DNA of 64,000 nucleotides from Methanomethylovorans hollandica DSM 15978 (GTDB lineage Archaea; Halobacteriota; Methanosarcinia; Methanosarcinales; Methanosarcinaceae). The notes beneath the pieces are model-generated. The model was not told the DNA's origin, made no database searches, and saw only the letters and a program-made list of their open reading frames with translations. A program made the position numbers and the translations under genes. The DNA is taken from contig NC_019977.1 in the NCBI RefSeq assembly GCF_000328665.1, forward strand, positions 1,240,001 through 1,304,000, given 5' to 3'. Positions within the stretch are counted from its first letter, which is position 1. Every line of letters starts with the position of its first letter. Shown in pieces: positions 10,308-18,961 of the stretch.

Positions 10308-11093
10308 TTACATATATGTCACTTCATGTGACTGCTCCCTGAAATGCTGAAATAGATCCTCTCCCCAAATCAGTGATTTCTCTTCAAAGCTCATCATTAC
10401 ATGATTATGGAACATGCCTGTCTTATAAAATAAAGCAAATGAAAAGAATTTATCTGTTACTACGCTTGATGCGAGGCCTATAGTTTCGTTACAAACAAAA
10501 AGCTCGGTATTTTTTATTCCAAGATAAACCTGCAATTGTTCAAAATACTCGGTTTTAAATCTCTCAAATACAGGTTCAGTTATTATGAGCGAAATTCGTA
10601 CTCCTTTACGAGCAAGGTCAACATATTTGTAGGGATATTCAGGGCTGAAAGAAGAGGATACTTCCATTATAAACTTCGATTCATTAAGTTTGTCAGTAAA
10701 TTTTTTGGGTAACTCATACATACGATTCAGATCTGGTTCAACTAGCTCGCATTCACCCAATTCCTCAATCCTTTCAAGAAGATGCGAAGGAATAGCATTT
10801 ATTTTATGGTTTTCCCAATATTCCTTATTATCAGCAAAGACTCTTAACGTGTTTAAAAGAGGTATCATCTTCTTTACTATAACTTCTCCAAAGCTTGAAA
10901 GTTCGTACAAATCGTTCTCGTAGAAGATAATACCTTGGTCGATAAGTATCTTAATCTGTGTCATCATGGAACTGGAAGTAACATCCAGTATGTCTTTGAT
11001 CTCATCAATACTGAGAGGCTTTTCTATTAAGAGAAGGAGGAGATCTTTTCTTTTGTCGGATAGAAATAGAGTACCTAACAAAGGCAGTTTCAT
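10308..11093 (-). CDS. Msr-type (ArsR-like winged HTH) transcriptional regulator
   Basis: LFLSDKRKDLLLLL..P..IDEIK..L HTH, YWENH....IP..LL.RI.ELG, WGEDLF.HF; lies next to an Mts gene, as MsrC/F/G do. Confidence 0.85.
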   Translation of the reverse strand: MKLPLLGTLFLSDKRKDLLLLLIEKPLSIDEIKDILDVTSSSMMTQIKILIDQGIIFYENDLYELSSFGEVIVKKMIPLLNTLRVFADNKEYWENHKINAIPSHLLERIEELGECELVEPDLNRMYELPKKFTDKLNESKFIMEVSSSFSPEYPYKYVDLARKGVRISLIITEPVFERFKTEYFEQLQVYLGIKNTELFVCNETIGLASSVVTDKFFSFALFYKTGMFHNHVMMSFEEKSLIWGEDLFQHFREQSHEVTYM

Positions 11094-11177
11094 TTTAATC
11101 ACCCACAATTTGACAGTTTAATTGAACTTTATATTATATTTTTAAATCAATGCTCTGTAGTTCTCTAGTTCTTAATC

Positions 11178-13694
11178 TTAACACAAATTATCCTTACAAA
11201 TGGGGAGTTTTATGTGAAAAGTTGTACCCTTTCCCATCTCACTTTCAATCCATATTTGACCCTGATGTGCAAGAATTATGTTCTTAGATATATAAAGGCC
11301 GGATTCAAGACCTTGGTACCTACGACTCATAGAGTCTTCCATCTGATAAAACTTATGGAAAAGATGAGGTATGAGGTCTTTCTGTATACCGGGACCGGTA
11401 TCGGTTATCCTTATGTGCTGATGTTCTTTTTCTTCACTTAGATCTATACTAATTCTACCACCTACAGGAGTGAACATGACGGCGTTATCAATGAGATTAA
11501 TGAACGTCTCTGTCAATTTATCTCTGTCAGCTCTTACAGTAGATAACTCCTTAGGAATATTTGTATCTACAATGATCATCTTTTCATCTATCAGCAATAT
11601 GAGATTCATCAAAGCTTCTGAAATGAGATTATCTATATGAACCGGGAAGAAAGAATATTTAATCTTCCCAGCTTGTTCCAGGCTCATGTAGAGGAGTGAA
11701 TCGACCAGTCGTTTCAGTCTTTCTGAATTTAGCATAACAGAGTCGATAGATTTTGCTTGCTGATCATCTATGACCCGGATGGTTTCATCATCCATAATAC
11801 TACACTCGGTCTGTTCTGCCTCGAATAAATCCATCCTTTCGGCAACAAATTCAGTTTTCATTCTTCTGATTGATCTAAGTCCCTTGTTTGCCTTTGTGAG
11901 CTCTTCTGAGTATTTTTTCAGGGCATCTTCCATCTGTTTTCTCTGTATCAGACTCCACATCCCCTGCATCAACAATATAAGCTGACGCAGATCGGAGTCG
12001 TTGTATTCCTCTTCTTTGTTACCTACACCTACAACGGCAATTATATGATCTCCATCGAAAATTGGAACATTCATGTGTCTTATAAGTTTCACATGATCTT
12101 CCGGGTATCCTTTCTTCATGGTATTGGGTGCGGGATAATCATTTGTTATTATAGGTTTACGCTGTCTTACTGCTTCACCCCAGAGACCGGTAGTTTTTAT
12201 TGGATAGATGAAACGTTTATCTTTGATCCCGCATTCTTTCATGGCACTTTCGGACCAGGAGTGCATTATGAGCTCTGTTTCATCGGCGTTCATAAATGCA
12301 AGATATCCCAGTGTGCTTTCAGTAAGCTTCACGGCTTCTTCTCTTGCAAAGTCCGTGATTTCTTCTAATGACGAACCTACCATTCCATTGAGTTTTACGA
12401 GAGCATCCAGACGCTTTTCTTCAAGTTGACTCTTTCTCTCTGCCTTTTTGCGCTCAGTGATATCCCTAGCAACAGAGAGTACCATTTTCTTTCCATTATA
12501 CACTATGAAACGTGCATTGATTTCCAAGGGTATAATTGTACCATCTTTAATTATTGCTTCTGTTTCATATATGGCTCGACCCTTAGTTTCTATAATTTTT
12601 AGAAGCTCTGGCATACGCTGTAGGTACTTAGAAGTAACTATGTCTACAGGAGAAGTACTTAATATCTCTTCCTTACTGTAACCTAGTGTATCCACGACAA
12701 CTTGGTTCACATAAATCAGTTTTCCATTAAGTTCACTGATGTATAGTTGATCGTTTATGCTATTGAAAATACCTTTCAACTTTTGCTCTGATTCACAAAG
12801 AGCATCTGTTGCTATTTTGTGATTTATTGCGATTGCAGCAAGATTGGCGTTGGCTTTGAGGATTTCAATTTCTTCTTTTGTGGGTATGTGAGGTTCACGG
12901 AAATAGATTTCAAAAGTTCCAAGGACCTCGTTATTTGAACTCATGATTGGTTCACAGCAGCTAGATTTAATGCCCACCTGAGATGCAAATTCTTTCATAT
13001 CCTTCCAGTAAGGATGTTCCATTATATTCTCTACGATAATCCTTTTTCCAGTATATGCGGCTGTTCCACAGGAACTACTACCTTCTTCAATGGGTAAACT
13101 TTCGATAGCTTTTTTATAAAAACCTGGAAGAAGTGGAGATATAGCACGAATGAGATGTTTTCTTTCTTTGTCCAACAACATGACAAAACCGATTGATTCC
13201 GGTATTGCCCGCTCTGACATCTTTACCAGATGTGTGAGTACTTCATCCAGAGATGCACCCGAAGCTAATGACTCAAGAACGCGGTTGCGACAGTTAATGA
13301 TTATCTCTGAGAGTTTCCTATTACTTATATCTAAAATGATGCCTTCATAATATTGAATATTGCTATTTTGATCCCGTCTAATAATCGTTCTTTCATAAAC
13401 CCATCTGATATCCCCTGATTTTGTAAGGACTCTGTATTCATGACTGAAATTAGAATCCCCTTCTTTAATGCATGTGGCAAATCGAATATGTATTTCCTCG
13501 ATATCATCAGGATGGATAATATCCTCATATTTAATCTTGCCAGAAAGGAAATCCTCTGGAGAATATCCAAATTGTCGTACATTCTCAGAAACGAATTCCA
13601 CTGGCCATCCCTGTTCTGCTCTCCAGACAAAAATTGTCATCGGGCTTTCATTAATTAATCTTAAGGTTTCAGCGCTAATATCAAATTGTGCCAT
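11178..13694 (-). CDS. PAS-GAF-PAS-GAF-HATPase sensor kinase, MsmS/RdmS-like (no H-box His)
   Basis: PAS (WPVEFVSEN, IIHPDD), GAF (SCGTAAY), PAS, GAF with SAMKEC, N box NLIDNA, G1 DTGPGI; H-box and G2 box are degenerate. Confidence 0.85.
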   Translation of the reverse strand: MAQFDISAETLRLINESPMTIFVWRAEQGWPVEFVSENVRQFGYSPEDFLSGKIKYEDIIHPDDIEEIHIRFATCIKEGDSNFSHEYRVLTKSGDIRWVYERTIIRRDQNSNIQYYEGIILDISNRKLSEIIINCRNRVLESLASGASLDEVLTHLVKMSERAIPESIGFVMLLDKERKHLIRAISPLLPGFYKKAIESLPIEEGSSSCGTAAYTGKRIIVENIMEHPYWKDMKEFASQVGIKSSCCEPIMSSNNEVLGTFEIYFREPHIPTKEEIEILKANANLAAIAINHKIATDALCESEQKLKGIFNSINDQLYISELNGKLIYVNQVVVDTLGYSKEEILSTSPVDIVTSKYLQRMPELLKIIETKGRAIYETEAIIKDGTIIPLEINARFIVYNGKKMVLSVARDITERKKAERKSQLEEKRLDALVKLNGMVGSSLEEITDFAREEAVKLTESTLGYLAFMNADETELIMHSWSESAMKECGIKDKRFIYPIKTTGLWGEAVRQRKPIITNDYPAPNTMKKGYPEDHVKLIRHMNVPIFDGDHIIAVVGVGNKEEEYNDSDLRQLILLMQGMWSLIQRKQMEDALKKYSEELTKANKGLRSIRRMKTEFVAERMDLFEAEQTECSIMDDETIRVIDDQQAKSIDSVMLNSERLKRLVDSLLYMSLEQAGKIKYSFFPVHIDNLISEALMNLILLIDEKMIIVDTNIPKELSTVRADRDKLTETFINLIDNAVMFTPVGGRISIDLSEEKEHQHIRITDTGPGIQKDLIPHLFHKFYQMEDSMSRRYQGLESGLYISKNIILAHQGQIWIESEMGKGTTFHIKLPICKDNLC

Positions 13695-13940
13695 GCATCC
13701 TCATATCAGTAGAATATTAAGGGTTCCTTGGAATTAGTATTCAATGTAGCAATTTTTAATACGATTCTCCCTGAACTGTATTATTTCGTCTAACAATATA
13801 GAAACAAGGAATTAATACATTTTGTCCATTAAGTATATTAGATTTATCGATGCGTCCAAATATGTAATTTTGGAAGGCAGCATATCTATTTTGTAGTAAA
13901 ATGTGATAGTCATATATTTTCACTCATTTAAAAACTTCTT

Positions 13941-14150
13941 TCATACCTTTTTTCAGGATAACATGAAGCATGCAATATCTAATAGTCCTTTGAAAACAAG
14001 ATTCAGTCTTTCATATCTGCTTGCCAGTTTTCTAAATCACATCTTCAAGTATGCAAAGAATCTTGCTATAGTCCCTGTAATGATATGTTTCTTCATCAAA
14101 CCGAGTAGGATATCCTCTTTTCCTTCTTCTATTGTTTCCTCGCATTGTTT
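13941..14150 (-). mobile_element. Decayed IS5-family transposase C-terminal remnant (copy 1)
   Basis: Translates with a frameshift and stops as RRRKRGYPTRFDEETY / IARFFAYLKM*FRKLASRYERLNLVFKGLLDIACF. Confidence 0.65.
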
Positions 14151-14664
14151 TTCTTTATTCTGCCTTCCTCTTCTGCCCGTAACTCAAGTTCCTGATAAGT
14201 TTCCTTAAATGCAGCTACTATTATGGATGAAGTTGATTCACAACTAAAATCACAGCTAAAGTATTTCTGCTCCTAGTCAGTAGTGAAGCAAGTAAAGCAG
14301 AAATTGCTTCTGGACTGCGTTACAAGATCGTATCCGGTGAACTCCACAAATAGATTTAAAACCTTCTGGAACTCGGTTATATCGAAATGACTATCCATGA
14401 CAAAACAAACGGCAGCAAGCAAAAATATTGTTTGACGGCTAAAGGCTGTGCATTCTTAACTGAAGCAGCAGTGCATCTATTTATTGTGCTGTAAAATATG
14501 ATTGTTCTGTACCTTAGTAGAATATTGCGAACAACCAGGAAGCTACATGGCCATAAATTTATATGACATTTTAGATACACTACCTTTTATACCTACGATG
14601 TTCTAAAAAAGGATGATTATTACTGCAATATAGAGGGAATCTCAGAGGACCCTAATAAGTATTG

Positions 14665-14913
14665 TTGGATCTCCACAACATTGAGTGGGTAAATTAATAT
14701 GGTTCTCTTCAACATCGTGTGGGTAATTTTAGCACCAATACATCACCAATCCCTCATAAATAACAATTCACTGTATACTAAGTATCTGCTGAAATTAGGA
14801 ATCCACATCATGTGACATAGTTGTCAAGGCAGCCAAAATATGGTCAGTTAATCAGAGTATTCTTTTATTCCAAGTACCTTACAAATTTACCCACTCAACT
14901 TTGTGGAGATCCA
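14665..14913. mobile_element. ~250-bp non-coding segment bounded by 30-bp inverted repeats (MITE-like or invertible segment)
   Basis: 14666-14695 TGGATCTCCACAACATTGAGTGGGTAAATT vs the reverse complement of 14884-14913 (28/30); degenerate subterminal copy at ~14704-14729; no clear target-site duplication. Confidence 0.6.
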
Positions 14914-17435
14914 TTTTTAATAAATGCGAGTCTTTTATTAATGAAACGAAAAAGAGGAGAGAGGATATTATAATAAACTATACTCAGCAAGGTTGGAATA
15001 ACTTCTTTTCTGAAATCTTAGACGATTCTAATGAAAAAAAGTATCTTTTTTTAGTTGGAGCTGGAATATCTATAGACTCTGGGCTACCAAATTTCACAGA
15101 TTTTCTCAGAAACTTTTTAGGGCATCTTCTTCCAAATGAATGTAATCCAAATCTCGCCGAAACCACCAATTTAATAATTGACAAACTGCGCCCAGAAGTA
15201 ATCCTTCAAGAAATTTATCAGTTATATGGAAACCGAACGCTTAAATTTTATAGCTGTTTAGAAGGTGGGGAACCAAATTATAATCATTATTTTTTGGCAT
15301 TAGCTCTAAAAAGAGGACATTGTGTATTCACTACAAACATAGATACTTTAATTGAAAAAGCTTGTGAGAGATTAGAAATCGATTATGAATTAATATATTT
15401 AAATGACAATAAGCAGAAAAAAGAATATAAAAAATATTTAGAAAATGATATATTAATAAAAACATATGAACAAATTGCTAAAGAAGAGCCTTTTAACATA
15501 GGCTCAAAAATATTTAAATTACATGGAACAATTCAACCAGGAAATAGTATTCACAAATACAAATCAATTAGATTCATGTTGAATAGAGTTGGATTGGGTT
15601 TAGATGAATCAATGAGGAAAGTTTTTGAAAATGCCCTGAAAGAAAGAGATGTAGTTGTATTAGGTTATAGTGGTAACGATCACTTTAGTGTAGACCCCGT
15701 TTTAAGACAAGTTGAATCTGATCAAAATATTTGCTGGTTTAAATACAAGGATTCAATTGATTTAGTTGAGTCTTCAAGAGATTTTAAATCAATGAGAGGG
15801 GATTTTTTTAAAGAGGTATCTATTGAATTATTTGATATTTGGAGAGATATCTCTCCATTAGATGTAATGATTAGTTGGGAACCAAATTCATATCTTATTA
15901 AAGGTGATAGTAGTAGAAAAATTAAAGAGGCAATATTACAATTAAAAACTAAAAACCCTGAATTTGAGCATTATGTAAATCAGCTCCAAATCAAAAACGA
16001 AGTTATTTGCGGAACAAATCAACAATCTTCTTTAGTAGAATGGACAAAAAAGATTAACGATTTTCAACGTAATGAGTGTGCTTCAATATTATTTCAAAGA
16101 ATAGGGGACGTTGAAAAAGCTGAATATTATCTTCAACAAGCTGAAAAATTAAGTAGTAGTGATATTGATAAAAGGAAAATTAACAACTTAAAAACGAGAT
16201 TGTTTTTGATTACTCGTAGACCAGATGAATTTAATCTTATGAAAAAAGAATTAAAAATTTCATTTGATTCAAATCAATGCTCAAACACGACTTTTGCTGA
16301 AACAATTCATAGATTTAATGAATCAATCGATCAAAAAGATGATGAAAATGACTTTTTTTCTGCTTTTGATCTTTCTCTTGAAATTATTAATTTATTAAGG
16401 GCTAATCGAGAATTTGATACTGCTCTTGAAGAAATAACTTATCTCAAGCAGAAACTTGAGTCAAGACTAAAGCATAAATCAAGTAAAAAGAAAATTTATG
16501 AATATTCTATTTTAAGAGCTAAATTACTGAGAATTCATGGGCTTATATGTGGTTTGGGATTAAAAAGTACAGTCAAAAATAAAGTTGAAGGGATTGTTTA
16601 TTGTGCTGAAGCTTACGAGATTTCCCATAAAATAGGAGATATTACAGCAAAAGCTCAAGCATTAAATGCAAGGGGGTTAATTGTATATCAATTAATTGAG
16701 AGAAGCGATAATATATTAGAGGATGCAGAGAATTCAGTGAATGAATCTTTTATTCTTCACACAAAAACGACTGATAAAAGAAAAAGTTTTCAATCAGCTA
16801 GAAATATTTTACTAATTAATCGTTTACGCTATCTTAATGCTAAAACAAATGCTCGTAACTATTGGATAAAAGAATTAGAAAAATCGCTTAAGATGGTAAG
16901 AGATAATTTAGATTTCATTGAAACGGGTGAAGTTCCTACAGGTGATGAAATTGAATATCTTTATCGTGATGCTGAATTTAGTGCACTTAAAGGTGACAAT
17001 CAAGAGTCAATAACTAAATATACTGCGTTGTTGACCATATTGGAATGTCAAAAAAATGTGCTGCACGCAAAAATAGATGAAGATAAAGTAAATCAAAAGG
17101 ATTTTGAACAACAAATGAACAAAAATATGCACATGATGGCTCGTGTGACCAGAGATTTGCTGAATTTATCCACTAATAGTTGCACCGATTATATTAATAG
17201 TTTGATATTGTTAGTTGAATATCTTTTAAATTCAAATGATATATGTTCTTATTATAAATATGATTCACTACCTCTCCAAAATATAAATGATATGTTAAAT
17301 GATGTATATTGTAAAATACAAAAAAGTGATGTAGACAATTTAAGTAAAATTGAAAAATTAATGGATAAAGGAGCAGAGATCTCAAAATCAATTGATGATT
17401 ACAATCTTCTTATCAAATTTACTTATTATAGATGA
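14901..17435 (+). CDS. SIR2-domain (NADase-type) protein with long helical/TPR-like C-terminus; probable defence protein
   Basis: FLVGAGISIDSGLP, FTTNIDTLIE, KLHGT, VLGYSGND; TPR-like segments (GDVEKAEYYLQQA, GDITAKAQALNARGLIVY); AT-rich. Start uncertain because TTG 14901 lies inside the inverted repeat. Confidence 0.85.
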   Translation: MWRSIFNKCESFINETKKRREDIIINYTQQGWNNFFSEILDDSNEKKYLFLVGAGISIDSGLPNFTDFLRNFLGHLLPNECNPNLAETTNLIIDKLRPEVILQEIYQLYGNRTLKFYSCLEGGEPNYNHYFLALALKRGHCVFTTNIDTLIEKACERLEIDYELIYLNDNKQKKEYKKYLENDILIKTYEQIAKEEPFNIGSKIFKLHGTIQPGNSIHKYKSIRFMLNRVGLGLDESMRKVFENALKERDVVVLGYSGNDHFSVDPVLRQVESDQNICWFKYKDSIDLVESSRDFKSMRGDFFKEVSIELFDIWRDISPLDVMISWEPNSYLIKGDSSRKIKEAILQLKTKNPEFEHYVNQLQIKNEVICGTNQQSSLVEWTKKINDFQRNECASILFQRIGDVEKAEYYLQQAEKLSSSDIDKRKINNLKTRLFLITRRPDEFNLMKKELKISFDSNQCSNTTFAETIHRFNESIDQKDDENDFFSAFDLSLEIINLLRANREFDTALEEITYLKQKLESRLKHKSSKKKIYEYSILRAKLLRIHGLICGLGLKSTVKNKVEGIVYCAEAYEISHKIGDITAKAQALNARGLIVYQLIERSDNILEDAENSVNESFILHTKTTDKRKSFQSARNILLINRLRYLNAKTNARNYWIKELEKSLKMVRDNLDFIETGEVPTGDEIEYLYRDAEFSALKGDNQESITKYTALLTILECQKNVLHAKIDEDKVNQKDFEQQMNKNMHMMARVTRDLLNLSTNSCTDYINSLILLVEYLLNSNDICSYYKYDSLPLQNINDMLNDVYCKIQKSDVDNLSKIEKLMDKGAEISKSIDDYNLLIKFTYYR

Positions 17436-18060
17436 CTTCTTTTGGAGGAATTTTCATAGAAGCTGAAGAATAATATTCATGAATAACCAGAGTTAGTTGA
17501 GAATTATTTAACTTATTTTTAGCTATTAAAGTCCAGTAAATCCAATGTTTAGGAATAGGTGCTGGTTGTAGATTACTATTTCCTTTTGCAGGTAACTTAA
17601 GCCATTCATCTAAGTCAAAGTAATAGAAACCACAATCAATAACTTCAGGAACACCGGGACTAATACCGAATGCATTTGTATTGTCAATAGCACAAAATAA
17701 AACAATTAATTCACCTCTAGTTCCATATCTTTTTGATTCAAAATATGGTCTTTCAAACCAAGCAGCAACCATTAAATTTGAAGGTTTAGACAAAGCAGTT
17801 TCTTCGCTAAGCTCTCTTAAAGCAGCTTGACTTGGTTTCTCCCCATGCTCTACCCCTCCACCTGGGAGATTCCATGGTGTACCACCTTCTAAATCAGTGG
17901 CATAATCTCCAGTTTTAACAAGTAATACTTTTTTTAATTCAGGGTCAAATACAGCTATAAAAGCACCCATACTCCATTTTTTCTCGGCACAATACTTTTG
18001 TGCGAGTGAGTCAATACATTCAACTGTTGTACAAGCATCAAATTTTATTTCTAAATTCAT
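17419..18060 (-). CDS. Nudix hydrolase
   Basis: WNLPGGGVEHGEKPSQAALRELSEETAL (Nudix box); 3' end overlaps the SIR2 gene by 17 bp. Confidence 0.88.
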   Translation of the reverse strand: MNLEIKFDACTTVECIDSLAQKYCAEKKWSMGAFIAVFDPELKKVLLVKTGDYATDLEGGTPWNLPGGGVEHGEKPSQAALRELSEETALSKPSNLMVAAWFERPYFESKRYGTRGELIVLFCAIDNTNAFGISPGVPEVIDCGFYYFDLDEWLKLPAKGNSNLQPAPIPKHWIYWTLIAKNKLNNSQLTLVIHEYYSSASMKIPPKEVIYNK

Positions 18061-18061
18061 A

Positions 18062-18280
18062 TCAATACTTCCCGCACACTTTTTTCCAACACAAAATAAA
18101 GCAGGCAATATCTAACAATCTTTTTAAAAATACATTCAGAAGTTCATACCTGCTTGCCTATTTTCTAAACCTTATCTTTAACCAGCAAAGAATGTTCTAT
18201 AGCTCCTTTATATTGCTATGTTGCTCCATCAAATAGAGTAGTTCTTCCTTTATTCCTTTTTTATTGTTCTTTCTATTTTT
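18062..18280 (-). mobile_element. Decayed IS5-family transposase C-terminal remnant (copy 2)
   Basis: KGAIEH / WLKIRFRK*ASRYELLNVFLKRLLDIACFILCWKKV; homologous to 13941-14150, same orientation. Confidence 0.65.
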
Positions 18281-18334
18281 CAGGATAGGTGGTGTATCTA
18301 AAATACTGTAAAATATGATAGTCCTGTACCTTAG

Positions 18335-18615
18335 TGTCAATGGCGGTTTAGTTTTCCCCAATTTCGGCGGTATAAAATTCCCTACTTTTTGATATAAAGT
18401 TAACTCTACCCCTCTACATACTCAATAAAATATTACAGTTTACTAGTATGTAATCCCAGCTTTCTTCTCTCCTTTAGCCTGTAACTTTCACCTTTGATGT
18501 TGATCGTAGTACAGTGATGCAATATCCTGTCAAGAACAGCAGATACAATAACACTGTCCTGGAATATCTCACCCCACTGACCATATGACTTATTTGAGGT
18601 AAAGATAGTAGAGGA
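18335..18615 (-). mobile_element. istB: IS21-family remnant: right end plus istB C-terminal fragment
   Basis: STIFTSNKSYGQWGEIFQD...AVLDRILHHCTTINIKGESYRLKE; terminal TGTCAATGGCGGTTTAGTTTTCCCC with an internal repeat GGCGGTATAAAATTCCC. Confidence 0.85.
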
Positions 18616-18961
18616 TTTCGGAAAACCCAGATATTTGAAAATTGTCTTATATACCATTTATAAACAGTCGGTTAAACACGGGAGTTTATCGAAATCCTTT
18701 TATGAATATGCTGAACTTTAACTGGTAGTGTCCCTATTTTGCTGTAAATTCTCCATTCATAACACTATGTTCTTACGACTTTATAGAATTTGAAGATACT
18801 TGAGAAAGCTCTGATAGAAGCTGCTATATGTGTCTCATAATGTGGTTAAAACATATTGATATTTGCCGCATCATAACTATAATTGATTTCATTACATGGA
18901 AAAACATGAGTTCATTGAAAGAGTGTGAAACTTTGGCAGTTAAGGCATTAGAGGTGCTTAT

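Noticed and set aside
13903..14208. Plus-strand ORFs 13903-14208 and 18000-18236 as a paralogous gene pair
   Set aside because: Their similarity is explained by the IS5 remnants on the minus strand.
14901..17435. Assignment to Avs, Thoeris, SIR2-HerA or SIR2-pAgo
   Set aside because: No STAND Walker A, and no TIR, SLOG, HerA or Argonaute partner visible.
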